Part shown: positions 55,718-64,000 of the stretch, one piece after another
How the letters are laid out: the number at the start of each line of letters is the position of its first letter
Position numbering within the stretch: position 1 is the first letter of the stretch
Source: Alphaproteobacteria bacterium
GTDB lineage: Bacteria > Pseudomonadota > Alphaproteobacteria > UBA2966
Assembly (NCBI GenBank): GCA_018654745.1
Contig: JABILA010000155.1
Location: 17,453-81,452, forward strand
DNA length: 64,000 bases
Direction: 5' to 3'
The notes under the pieces: generated by a model
Database searches by the model: none
Told to the model about the DNA's origin: nothing
What the model saw: only the letters and a program-made list of their open reading frames with translations
Program-made: the position numbers and the translations under genes

Positions 55718-56866
55718 TTGGCTATTCCGCAAAAAATATATGAAGAAGATCATGTCATTTTCCGGGACTCTGTCCGCAAGTTTGTTGAACAGGAAGTCGC
55801 GCCCTATCACGAACAGTGGGAAAAAGATGGCATTGTCCCCAAGTCTTTGTGGCTGAAAGCTGGCGAGGCCGGACTTCTGGCACCGACCGTGCCAGAAGAA
55901 TATGGCGGTCCCGGGGTTGATTTTCGCTACAACGGTATTGTCGACGAGGAACTGGCACGTGCCGGATACACAGGCCCGGGATTTAGTTTGCATTCCGATA
56001 TCGCTGTACCCTATCTCGTGCACTATGGCTCGGAAGAACAAAAGCAGGAATTTCTGCCCAAATGTGTCTCCGGGGAATGTATCATGGCCATCGCCATGAC
56101 CGAACCCGGTACAGGGTCTGATCTGCAAGGCGTGAAAACCACGGCAGCGCTGGATGGCAACGAATATGTGATCAACGGCTCCAAGACCTTCATTACCAAC
56201 GGCCAAAACTCAGACCTGATCATTGTTGTTGCCAAAACTGATCCGACAGCCGGTGCAAAAGGAACTTCCCTTATTCTGGTTGAAAGCCATCGCGAAGGTT
56301 TCAAACGCGGTCGGAATTTGGAAAAACTGGGCATGAAGGCTGCTGACACATCCGAGATGTTCTTTGATGAAGTCCGGGTACCCACAAGCAATTGCCTCGG
56401 CGAAGAAAATATGGGCTTCATCTATCTGATGCAGGATTTGCCTCAGGAACGCCTCTCTGTTGCTGTTTCTGCGGTTGCTGCCTGTGAAGGTGCCTTGCAA
56501 TGGACGCTTGACTATACCGGTCAGCGCAAAGCCTTTGGCAAAACGATTTCGGAATTCCAGAACACCAAATTCAAGATGGCGGAACTGAAGACCGAAATTA
56601 CCATTGCCCGTGTATTCGTGGATCGTTGTCTGGAAATGCACATTGATGGTGGTCTGGATGTTGAAACGGCTGCCATGGCCAAATGGTGGACGACGGACCT
56701 GCAAGGCCGGGTCATGGACGAATGTCTGCAACTGCACGGCGGGTACGGTTTCATGTGGGAATACCCGATCACACGGGCCTATGCCGACAGCCGCGTTCAA
56801 CGAATTTATGCCGGTACCAACGAAATCATGAAAGACCTGATCAGCCGCAAGCTGTGGAGCAATTGA
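55718..56866 (+). CDS. Acyl-CoA dehydrogenase (standard ~380 aa)
   Basis: 'MAIAMTEPGTGSDLQG', 'INGSKTFITNG', 'QLHGGYGFMWEYPI', with the catalytic Glu near the C-terminus. Confidence 0.85.
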   Translation: MAIPQKIYEEDHVIFRDSVRKFVEQEVAPYHEQWEKDGIVPKSLWLKAGEAGLLAPTVPEEYGGPGVDFRYNGIVDEELARAGYTGPGFSLHSDIAVPYLVHYGSEEQKQEFLPKCVSGECIMAIAMTEPGTGSDLQGVKTTAALDGNEYVINGSKTFITNGQNSDLIIVVAKTDPTAGAKGTSLILVESHREGFKRGRNLEKLGMKAADTSEMFFDEVRVPTSNCLGEENMGFIYLMQDLPQERLSVAVSAVAACEGALQWTLDYTGQRKAFGKTISEFQNTKFKMAELKTEITIARVFVDRCLEMHIDGGLDVETAAMAKWWTTDLQGRVMDECLQLHGGYGFMWEYPITRAYADSRVQRIYAGTNEIMKDLISRKLWSN

Positions 56867-56912
56867 GGTTTATTAATATTTGGGTGATCACACCCTGAAG
56901 AGGATTTTATCA

Positions 56913-58121
56913 ATGACTGATGCCTACATTTTTGACGCAGTTCGCACACCGCGTGGCAAGGGCCGCAAGGATGGCAGCCTGCACGAAGTTACTGCAACCG
57001 CCCTCGCAGCCCATGTTTTACGTGAAATCAGGGATCGAAACGATCTTGATACGGCGGCGGTGGATGACGTCGTTCTCGGCTGTGTTGAACCTGCCGCCGA
57101 GCAAGGTGCAGACATTGCCCGAACTGCCGTATTGATGGCCGACTACGATGAAACTGTTTCCGGTATGCAGGTCCAGCGCTTTTGTGCTTCCGGCCTTGAA
57201 GCTGTGAATGTCGCATCAGCCCAGGTGATGTCCGGCCAGGCAGATATGACCATTGGTGGTGGCGTCGAAAGCATGAGCCGCGTGCCTATGGGGTCTTCCG
57301 GTGGCTCTTACTATTCTGATCCTGCAGTAGTTGAGAAAATCTACTTCACCCCACAAGGCGTATCAGCAGACTTGATCGCAACACTGGATGGTTTCAGCCG
57401 TGATGATGTTGATGCCTATGCAGTTGAAAGCCAGCGCCGGGCCAAGGAAGCCTGGGATGAAAAGCGGTTTGCCAAATCCATTGTCCCGGTGACCGATCAA
57501 AACGGTCTGACAATTCTGGATCATGACGAACACATGCGTCCGGGTACTGACATGCAATCTCTGGCTGGCCTCAATCCAGCCTTCAAGATGCAGGGCGAGG
57601 ATTTTGGTTTTGATGCTGTTTCCATGCAGCGTTATCCGGAAGTGGAAAAAATCAACCACGTTCATCATGGCGGAAATTCCAGCGGCATCGTTGACGGAGC
57701 CGCCGCAGTTCTGATCGGCACAAAAGAAGCTGGCGAACGCCTGGGCCTCAAGCCCCGCGCTCGTATCAAGGGCTATTCGTCCATTGGCTCCGAACCCAGC
57801 ATCATGCTGACCGGCCCGGCTCTGGTCACCGAAAAGGCGCTGGAACGGCAAGGCATGAAGACAACGGACATTGATCTTTATGAATTGAACGAGGCTTTTG
57901 CTTCTGTCGTCATGCGTTTCATGAATGTGCTGGATGTGCCGCACGACAAGATGAACGTCAATGGCGGGGCCATTGCCATGGGTCATCCACTGGGTGCAAC
58001 GGGTGCCATGATTTTCGGCACTTTGCTGGACGAGCTGGAACGGCGCGATCTGGAAACAGGTCTGGCTACCTTGTGCGTCGGCGGTGGCATGGGAACAGCC
58101 ACAATCCTTGAGCGCGTTTAA
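56913..58121 (+). CDS. Acetyl-CoA C-acyltransferase (thiolase II-like)
   Basis: '[17 protein letters not shown]', '[12 protein letters not shown]', '[17 protein letters not shown]', 'CVGGGMG'. Confidence 0.85.
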   Translation: MTDAYIFDAVRTPRGKGRKDGSLHEVTATALAAHVLREIRDRNDLDTAAVDDVVLGCVEPAAEQGADIARTAVLMADYDETVSGMQVQRFCASGLEAVNVASAQVMSGQADMTIGGGVESMSRVPMGSSGGSYYSDPAVVEKIYFTPQGVSADLIATLDGFSRDDVDAYAVESQRRAKEAWDEKRFAKSIVPVTDQNGLTILDHDEHMRPGTDMQSLAGLNPAFKMQGEDFGFDAVSMQRYPEVEKINHVHHGGNSSGIVDGAAAVLIGTKEAGERLGLKPRARIKGYSSIGSEPSIMLTGPALVTEKALERQGMKTTDIDLYELNEAFASVVMRFMNVLDVPHDKMNVNGGAIAMGHPLGATGAMIFGTLLDELERRDLETGLATLCVGGGMGTATILERV

Positions 58122-58154
58122 TCGCAGCAACAGCAGAAATACGGAAACAAGACT

Positions 58155-60281
58155 ATGATCGAATATGAAGTAGACGGAGACGGCATTGCCGTGATCTCCT
58201 GGCACATGGCCGAGCGGCCCATGAATGTGCTGAATATCGCCTCAATAAAAGCTTTTGGTGACAGCGTCAAAAAGGCACTGGCAGACGATGCCGTCAAAGG
58301 GATCGTGGTTGCTTCGAAGAAAAATGACTTTGTGGCCGGTGCTGATCTGACACAGTTATTGTCCAGCCGTGATCCAAAGGAGGTCATGGACTTTGGCGAT
58401 AATTTCAAAAACACACTGCGCTCCCTGGAACTGTCGCCGAAGCCTATTGCCGCTGCAATCAATGGCACGGCCCTGGGTGGTGGGTTCGAAATTTGCCTGG
58501 CCTGTAACTATCGGGTAGCGGCTGACAATCCCAAAACCCTGATCGGCCTGCCGGAAGTCAAGCTAGGGCTGTTACCAGGTGCTGGCGGCACTCAACGTCT
58601 GCCTCGCCTGATCGGCATTCGGAACGCCTTGCCCTTGTTGTTGGAAGGCACGCATTTGTCGCCGGAAAAAGCCCTGAAACAAGGACTTATCCACGCCATC
58701 GTGTCAGCGGATGAACTCATGGCAGCGGCCAAAAAATGGATTGTCGATGGTGGTGATGCCGTACAACCGTGGGACCAGAAAGGCTTCAAGGTTCCTGGCG
58801 GTGGTCCACAATCCCCACAGGGTTACGAGACCTTTACAGCAGGCGGTGCCATGTTGCGGAAAAAGACATGGGGAAACTATCCGGCCCCTGTTGCCATCAT
58901 GAGCTGCGTTTACGAAGGCCTGAATTGTGCCTTTGATGCAGGCCTCAGTCTGGAAAGCCGTCACTTTGCGTCATTGGCTGCAGATAACGTCGCCCACAAT
59001 ATGGTACGGACGCTGTTCTTCAGCATGGGTGACGCCAACAAGCTGAAAAATCGCCCAAAGGATGTTGAAAAATCCGAGTTCAAAAAGATCGGCATTCTGG
59101 GTGCTGGCATGATGGGCGCAGGTATTGCTAACGTTACTGCGATGGCTGGTCTTCAAGTCGTATTATTGGATTCGACATTGGAATCTGCCGAAAAAGGCAA
59201 ATCGTATAGCGAAGATCTGCTCAACAAGGCGATCAAACGCAAACGTATGACAGAAGAAAAGCGCGATGGCATTCTTGGCCTGATCAAGCCGACTGTTGAC
59301 TACGCCGACCTGGACGGTTGTGATATGGTTATCGAAGCTGTGTTCGAAGATCGGACGATCAAGGCAGATGTCACCGCAAAGACCGAAGCTGTGATCGCGG
59401 CAGATGCGATTTTTGCCTCCAATACCTCGACGCTACCAATTACCGGTCTGGCTGAGGCCAGTGCCCGACCTGCCAATTTCATTGGCCTGCATTTTTTCTC
59501 ACCCGTCGACAAGATGCCCTTGGTCGAAATTATCATGGGCGAAAAAACCGGTGATGTTGCCCTCGCGCGTGCCATGGACTTTGTAAAACGTATTCGCAAA
59601 ACACCAGTGGTGGTCAATGATTCCCGTGGCTTCTATACCAGCCGTGTTTTTGCGACCTATGTTGCAGAAGGCCTGGCCTTGTTGGGCGAAGGCGTGAAAC
59701 CTGCATTGATCGAAAATGCCGGTCGCATGGCGGGAATGCCTGTGGGACCTCTGGCCCTGGCGGATGAAGTCTCGCTGACTTTGATGCAACATGTGGCGAC
59801 CCAGACCAAAGCCGATCTTGGCGACAAATATCAGGGCACACCTGCGGACCCAGTTGTGCAAAAGATGGTTGATGAACTGGGCAGGGACGGCAAGAAAGCT
59901 GGTAAAGGCTTCTATGATTATCCCGAAGATGGCGAAAAACGGTTATGGCCAGGTCTGGCGGAAGCTTATCCCGTGGCAGAACAGCAGCCTGATGTGGAAG
60001 ATATCAAAAAGCGCATGATGTATGTGCAGTCGGTCGAAACAGCCCGTTGCATGGAAGAAAATGTTGTAACGTCGCCCCAGGATGCGGATGTAGGTTCGAT
60101 CCTTGGCTGGGGCTTTGCGCCCTTCCACGGTGGGGTTTGTTCCATGGTCGACAGCATCGGTATCGAAGATTTCGTTGCCGAATGTGATCGTCTCGCGCAA
60201 GCGCATGGTGAGAGATTTACACCGAACAAACTTCTGCGCGACATGGCCACAGAAGGCCGGGGCTTTTACCAGGCCGCCTGA
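58155..60281 (+). CDS. fadB: Fatty-acid oxidation complex alpha subunit, FadB/FadJ-type (N-terminal enoyl-CoA hydratase + C-terminal 3-hydroxyacyl-CoA dehydrogenase)
   Basis: Crotonase 'AAINGTALGGGFEICLACNYRVA' followed by HCDH 'IGILGAGMMGAGIA'; 708 aa. Confidence 0.85.
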   Translation: MIEYEVDGDGIAVISWHMAERPMNVLNIASIKAFGDSVKKALADDAVKGIVVASKKNDFVAGADLTQLLSSRDPKEVMDFGDNFKNTLRSLELSPKPIAAAINGTALGGGFEICLACNYRVAADNPKTLIGLPEVKLGLLPGAGGTQRLPRLIGIRNALPLLLEGTHLSPEKALKQGLIHAIVSADELMAAAKKWIVDGGDAVQPWDQKGFKVPGGGPQSPQGYETFTAGGAMLRKKTWGNYPAPVAIMSCVYEGLNCAFDAGLSLESRHFASLAADNVAHNMVRTLFFSMGDANKLKNRPKDVEKSEFKKIGILGAGMMGAGIANVTAMAGLQVVLLDSTLESAEKGKSYSEDLLNKAIKRKRMTEEKRDGILGLIKPTVDYADLDGCDMVIEAVFEDRTIKADVTAKTEAVIAADAIFASNTSTLPITGLAEASARPANFIGLHFFSPVDKMPLVEIIMGEKTGDVALARAMDFVKRIRKTPVVVNDSRGFYTSRVFATYVAEGLALLGEGVKPALIENAGRMAGMPVGPLALADEVSLTLMQHVATQTKADLGDKYQGTPADPVVQKMVDELGRDGKKAGKGFYDYPEDGEKRLWPGLAEAYPVAEQQPDVEDIKKRMMYVQSVETARCMEENVVTSPQDADVGSILGWGFAPFHGGVCSMVDSIGIEDFVAECDRLAQAHGERFTPNKLLRDMATEGRGFYQAA

Positions 60282-60304
60282 TTCAGGTAAATGAACTGAG
60301 GAGA

Positions 60305-60333
60305 GGGTCGGTGCCAGGCACCGGCCCTTTTTT
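60305..60333. terminator. Bidirectional rho-independent terminator between the convergent fad operon and carboxylase cluster
   Basis: GGGTCGGTGCC-A-GGCACCGGCCC (one G-U pair) followed by TTTTTT. Confidence 0.7.
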
Positions 60334-60355
60334 CTTGTCAGGCCTCTGCTTCGAT

Positions 60356-62296
60356 TCAGGCCTTTGCTTTGATTTGAGCCAGCATTTGACGACCCGTTAC
60401 CTGTTGATCAACTTCAACCGCGACACTGGCCAGGACGCCATCAAAAGGTGCCGTGATTTCATGCTCCATTTTCATGGCTTCCAGCACAACTATGATGTCG
60501 CCTTTGCTGACGTTATCACCCTTTGTTGCATGCCGTACAATGCGGCCCGGCATAGGGGCGACCAGGCGGCCGTCAGACACGCCTGATCCACCAGCTTCGT
60601 CCGGTTGCAGGACTTCAGTTGCCGAGACACTGACCCCGTCATATTCCAGATGAACCGTATCGCCATTGATGACGGTATTGGCGACGACCAGTTGTCCGTC
60701 GATGGTTAATTCACCATCCTGATCAAGGGCCAGTTGTTCGGTATGTTGGTCTGCGAAGGTGACGGTGAAGTCGCGGTTGTCGCGCATGTCGACACTGATG
60801 CCAGCAATTTCTCCATCACCGAAATCAATCCGGAAGGGCCAATTCATAACACCCGTACTGGACCAGGGACCGGTATCAGGTGCGTGCCGTAAAGCCAGTA
60901 ATACGACGGCCAGGGCCTGCGCCGGTCTGACATCTGCCTGCAACAAATCATCCGCATGATCACCGATGAACGCTGTTGTCGCATCTCCCCCGGCGAAAAC
61001 GGGATGTTTAAGACAGGACACCAGCCATGTCTTGTTGTTCCGAAGTCCCAGCAACGGCGTTTCATTCAGTCCGCTGATCAAACGTCGCCGGGCATCTTCG
61101 CGGTCATCGCCCCAGGCGGCAACCTTGGCAATCATGGGGTCGTAAAAAGCAGATATCTCCTGACCTTCGGCAAGGCCATGATCGACCCGCAAGTCTTCTG
61201 TGTCTTCTGGCTGCCAGACCAGCACTTCACCGGTTTGCGGCATGAAATCACGCGTTGGGTCTTCGGCATACAAACGAACTTCAATGGCGTGACCCTCAAA
61301 TTCAACTTCGTCCTGGGTCAGCGGCAGTGCCTCTCCCCTGGCCACGCGCAATTGCCAGTCGACCAGGTCAAGCCCGGTGATCATCTCCGTCACTGGATGT
61401 TCGACCTGCAGGCGGGTGTTCATTTCCATGAAATAGAAAGAACCATCTGCATCCAGCAAAAACTCGACGGTACCAGCACCGGTGTAGTCAATGTTGGATG
61501 CCGTCAAAACGGCTGCCTCGCCCATGCGCGCCCGCAAGGCCTCATCAACCGCCGGAGACGGTGCTTCTTCGATGACCTTTTGATGACGGCGCTGAACCGA
61601 ACAATCCCGCTCACCAAGGTGAATAGTATTGCCATGCGTGTCGGCAAATACCTGCACCTCAACATGACGGGGGCGAATAATGGCACGTTCGAGAATAAGT
61701 TCGTCCGAGCCAAAAGCTGAAGCCGCTTCAGATCGGGCCGACGCCAAAGATCCTGGCAGTTCTTCTGCGGCTGTTACCAGACGCATACCACGTCCACCGC
61801 CACCAGCTGCGGCTTTGACCATCAGCGGATAGCCAATATCTGCTGCTTCCTTGATCAGGACCTGGTCACTTTGGTCGATGCCGGAATATCCGGGCACACA
61901 GGGTACACCTGCCTCCAGCATGCGAACCTTGGCTTCGCGTTTGTTGCCCATCAACTCGATAGCCTCAACCGATGGACCAACAAATGTCAGGTTGGCGGCA
62001 GCACAGGCCGCAGCAAAGGCTGCATTCTCCGCCAAAAAGCCATATCCGGGATGCACTGCATCCGCGCCTGTTTTCGCAGCCGCTTCCATGATGGCGTCAA
62101 TGTTCAGGTAAGACTGGGCGGCCTGTGCTGGTCCGATACAAATGGCGCGATCTGCAAACAGCACATGTGGCGTGCCCCGGTCTGCTTCACTGAATACAGC
62201 GACGGTTTCAATGCCCAGGGCATTGGCACTGCGCATGATCCGTACAGCAATTTCACCGCGATTGGCGACCAGAAGCCGATTGATCGATTTAGCCAT
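60356..62296 (-). CDS. Biotin-dependent acyl-CoA carboxylase alpha subunit (biotin carboxylase + BCCP; methylcrotonyl-/geranyl-CoA carboxylase-like)
   Basis: ATP-grasp biotin carboxylase N-terminus 'NRLLVANRGEIAVRIMRS' and a C-terminal biotinyl motif 'EAMKMEHEI'. Confidence 0.85.
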   Translation of the reverse strand: MAKSINRLLVANRGEIAVRIMRSANALGIETVAVFSEADRGTPHVLFADRAICIGPAQAAQSYLNIDAIMEAAAKTGADAVHPGYGFLAENAAFAAACAAANLTFVGPSVEAIELMGNKREAKVRMLEAGVPCVPGYSGIDQSDQVLIKEAADIGYPLMVKAAAGGGGRGMRLVTAAEELPGSLASARSEAASAFGSDELILERAIIRPRHVEVQVFADTHGNTIHLGERDCSVQRRHQKVIEEAPSPAVDEALRARMGEAAVLTASNIDYTGAGTVEFLLDADGSFYFMEMNTRLQVEHPVTEMITGLDLVDWQLRVARGEALPLTQDEVEFEGHAIEVRLYAEDPTRDFMPQTGEVLVWQPEDTEDLRVDHGLAEGQEISAFYDPMIAKVAAWGDDREDARRRLISGLNETPLLGLRNNKTWLVSCLKHPVFAGGDATTAFIGDHADDLLQADVRPAQALAVVLLALRHAPDTGPWSSTGVMNWPFRIDFGDGEIAGISVDMRDNRDFTVTFADQHTEQLALDQDGELTIDGQLVVANTVINGDTVHLEYDGVSVSATEVLQPDEAGGSGVSDGRLVAPMPGRIVRHATKGDNVSKGDIIVVLEAMKMEHEITAPFDGVLASVAVEVDQQVTGRQMLAQIKAKA

Positions 62297-63450
62297 TATT
62301 TACGACCCGGCATTGTGCCGTCCATCTTGGCAATGATCCCCAACATGACTTCGTCGGCTCCGCCACCAATGGATCCCAGACGTGAATCGCGCAAATAGCG
62401 GCTCGCCCGGTTCTCCCACATATAACCCTGACCACCATGAAACTGCACACAGGCGTCTGCCACTTCGCGGCTAAGCCGACCGCATTTCAGTTTGGCCATG
62501 CTGGCGCGCCGGGTCACGTCTGCGCCATCGATATATTCTTCGACGGATTGATAAACCAGGGCGCGCAAGGCTTCGATCTCTGTTGACAGTTCGGCCAGTC
62601 GGTAATGGATGACCTGATTATTCAACAAAGGCTGTCCAAATGCATGGCGGCTGCGGGTATATTCAACTGTCTCGGCAATAACCCCTTCCATTGATTTCAA
62701 GCTGGACGCGGCGGCCCACAGGCGTTCTTCCTGGAATTGCTGCATCTGATAGGTGAAGCCCATATTTTCTTCACCGATGACATTTCTTTGCGGCACACGT
62801 ACATCTTCGAAAAACAGCTCCGCAGTGTCAGAAGAATACATACCCAGTTTTTTCAGCTTGCGACCGCGAACAACGCCCGGGCTGTTCATAGGTACCATGA
62901 TCAAAGACTTGTTCCTGTGTACGGGGCCGTCACCGGTATTTGCCAACAGACAAATCCAGTCGGCCTGGTGCCCGTTGGTGATGAACAGCTTGCTGCCGTT
63001 GATGATGTAGTCGTCACCATCCTTGCGGGCCGTCGTCTTGATGCCTGACACATCTGACCCGGCACCGGGCTCAGTGACACCAATGGCCCCGACGGCGTCT
63101 CCGGATATGGCCGGGCGCAGAAATTCTTCACATAATTCGTCGGATCCGAAACGGGCCAGCGCCGGCGAGCACATATCGGTTTGCACGCCAATGGCCATGG
63201 GCACGCCACCGCAAATGATGGTGCCCAGTTCTTCGGTCATCACCATGTTGTAGGAATAATCCAGACCGCTGCCGCCAAATTTTTCCGGCTTGCAAATACC
63301 CAATAAACCGGCACTTCCCATTTTTTTGAACAGCTCGTGCGCTGGAAAGATTTCTTCTTCTTCCCATTGCTCAACATAGGGATTGATTTCTGTTTCGATG
63401 AACCGGGCCACGGTACGGCGCAGTTCGTCATGTTCCTGGGTGAATTTCAT
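62296..63450 (-). CDS. Acyl-CoA dehydrogenase (isovaleryl-/branched-chain-type by context)
   Basis: 'VTEPGAGSDVSG', 'INGSKLFITNG', 'QFHGGQGYMWE'. It is sandwiched between the carboxylase beta and alpha genes. Confidence 0.8.
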   Translation of the reverse strand: MKFTQEHDELRRTVARFIETEINPYVEQWEEEEIFPAHELFKKMGSAGLLGICKPEKFGGSGLDYSYNMVMTEELGTIICGGVPMAIGVQTDMCSPALARFGSDELCEEFLRPAISGDAVGAIGVTEPGAGSDVSGIKTTARKDGDDYIINGSKLFITNGHQADWICLLANTGDGPVHRNKSLIMVPMNSPGVVRGRKLKKLGMYSSDTAELFFEDVRVPQRNVIGEENMGFTYQMQQFQEERLWAAASSLKSMEGVIAETVEYTRSRHAFGQPLLNNQVIHYRLAELSTEIEALRALVYQSVEEYIDGADVTRRASMAKLKCGRLSREVADACVQFHGGQGYMWENRASRYLRDSRLGSIGGGADEVMLGIIAKMDGTMPGRK

Positions 63451-63467
63451 GGATTTCGTCCTGTTCT

Positions 63468-64000
63468 CTAACCGCGGGCGATGCCGAAGGTGTTTTGGTT
63501 GGGGGTGCGTTGATCGCCTTCACGACAAGTGGCCAGGGCAAAGCCCAGAACACGGCGGCTGTCTCGCGGATCAATCAGCCCGTCGTCCCAGATCCGGGCC
63601 GAGGCGTAGAGGGCGTTAGATTCTTCTTCTGTGCGATCAACGATGGATTTGGTCATCTTGCCCAGCTTGTCTTCATCGACTTCGACGCCTGCACGTTCGC
63701 TTTTGGCGCGGGTAACGATTTCCATCACCGTGGCAGCTTGCTCACCGCCCATGACAGCGATGCGGGAATTGGGCCAGGAAAATATAAAGCGTGGATCAAA
63801 TCCGCGCCCGCACATGCCGTAGTTTCCCGCTCCGAACGAGCCGCCAGTCATCAGGGTGATTTTTGGGACAGGTGCGTTGGTGACGGCCTGGATCATTTTT
63901 GATCCGTGTTTGACCATGCCGCGGTTCTCTGAATCCAGACCAACCATGAAACCAGTGGTGTTTTGCAAGAAGACCAGGGGTGTGTCTGACTGGCTGCAAA
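63468..64000 (-). CDS. Acyl-CoA carboxylase carboxyltransferase (beta) subunit, C-terminal part (5' end outside window)
   Basis: 'ALYASARIWDDGLIDPRDSRRVL' and 'LMTGGSFGAGNYGMCG' are typical of PCC/MCC beta subunits. The ORF runs off the window end. Confidence 0.75.
   Translation of the reverse strand, partial: CSQSDTPLVFLQNTTGFMVGLDSENRGMVKHGSKMIQAVTNAPVPKITLMTGGSFGAGNYGMCGRGFDPRFIFSWPNSRIAVMGGEQAATVMEIVTRAKSERAGVEVDEDKLGKMTKSIVDRTEEESNALYASARIWDDGLIDPRDSRRVLGFALATCREGDQRTPNQNTFGIARG

Overview
A 64-kb chromosomal window from a GC-rich Gram-negative genome, most likely an alphaproteobacterium (inference from gene content and frequent GTG/TTG starts). I call about 66 protein-coding genes, one tRNA-Leu(CAA), several rho-independent terminators and a few repeat or operator-like elements. 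No rRNA, CRISPR array, IS element or integrase is visible. All family assignments come from motifs I recognise in the supplied translations; no database search was possible.

Main blocks, in order:
- 1-5.9 kb: housekeeping and miscellaneous genes (Bcr-type MFS 3' end, gluQ, AlkA-like glycosylase, CoA-transferase, HNH endonuclease, Rieske oxygenase, DUF1289).
- 6.0-9.1 kb: an unusual secreted two-protease pair, an S41 C-terminal-processing peptidase fused to a metacaspase-like C14 domain, divergent from a membrane-anchored HEXXH metalloprotease-like protein.
- 9.1-17.6 kb: LysR/MFS pair, dehydrogenases, coq7, dsbB, DedA, MCP.
- 17.7-20.7 kb: tRNA-Leu plus a degenerate ~115-bp direct repeat of its 3' half. 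The repeats bracket a 2.7-kb low-GC insert carrying only a DUF255 thioredoxin-domain gene.
- 22-28 kb: an unannotatable 322-aa protein, ArsC/Spx-like, hspQ, PilZ, DksA/TraR, a GAF-HD-GYP protein behind a strongly AT-rich leader, and a cNMP-gated K+ channel.
- 28.3-33.5 kb: a 5-gene Liv-type ABC importer.
- 33.6-47.5 kb: a thiosulfate-oxidation island. It contains soxXYZAB-soxV with no soxCD, plus three paralogous periplasmic CxxC thioredoxins, two DsrE-like proteins (one with a Met-rich insert), YeeE/YedE, a TolC-like protein with a truncated adaptor, a GATase1-like and a degenerate cyclase-like pair, and an ArsR/SoxR-type regulator.
- 47.8-60.3 kb: a 7-gene beta-oxidation operon behind a MerR (LiuR-like) regulator with a dyad operator.
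- 60.3-64 kb: a convergent acyl-CoA carboxylase beta-ACAD-alpha cluster.
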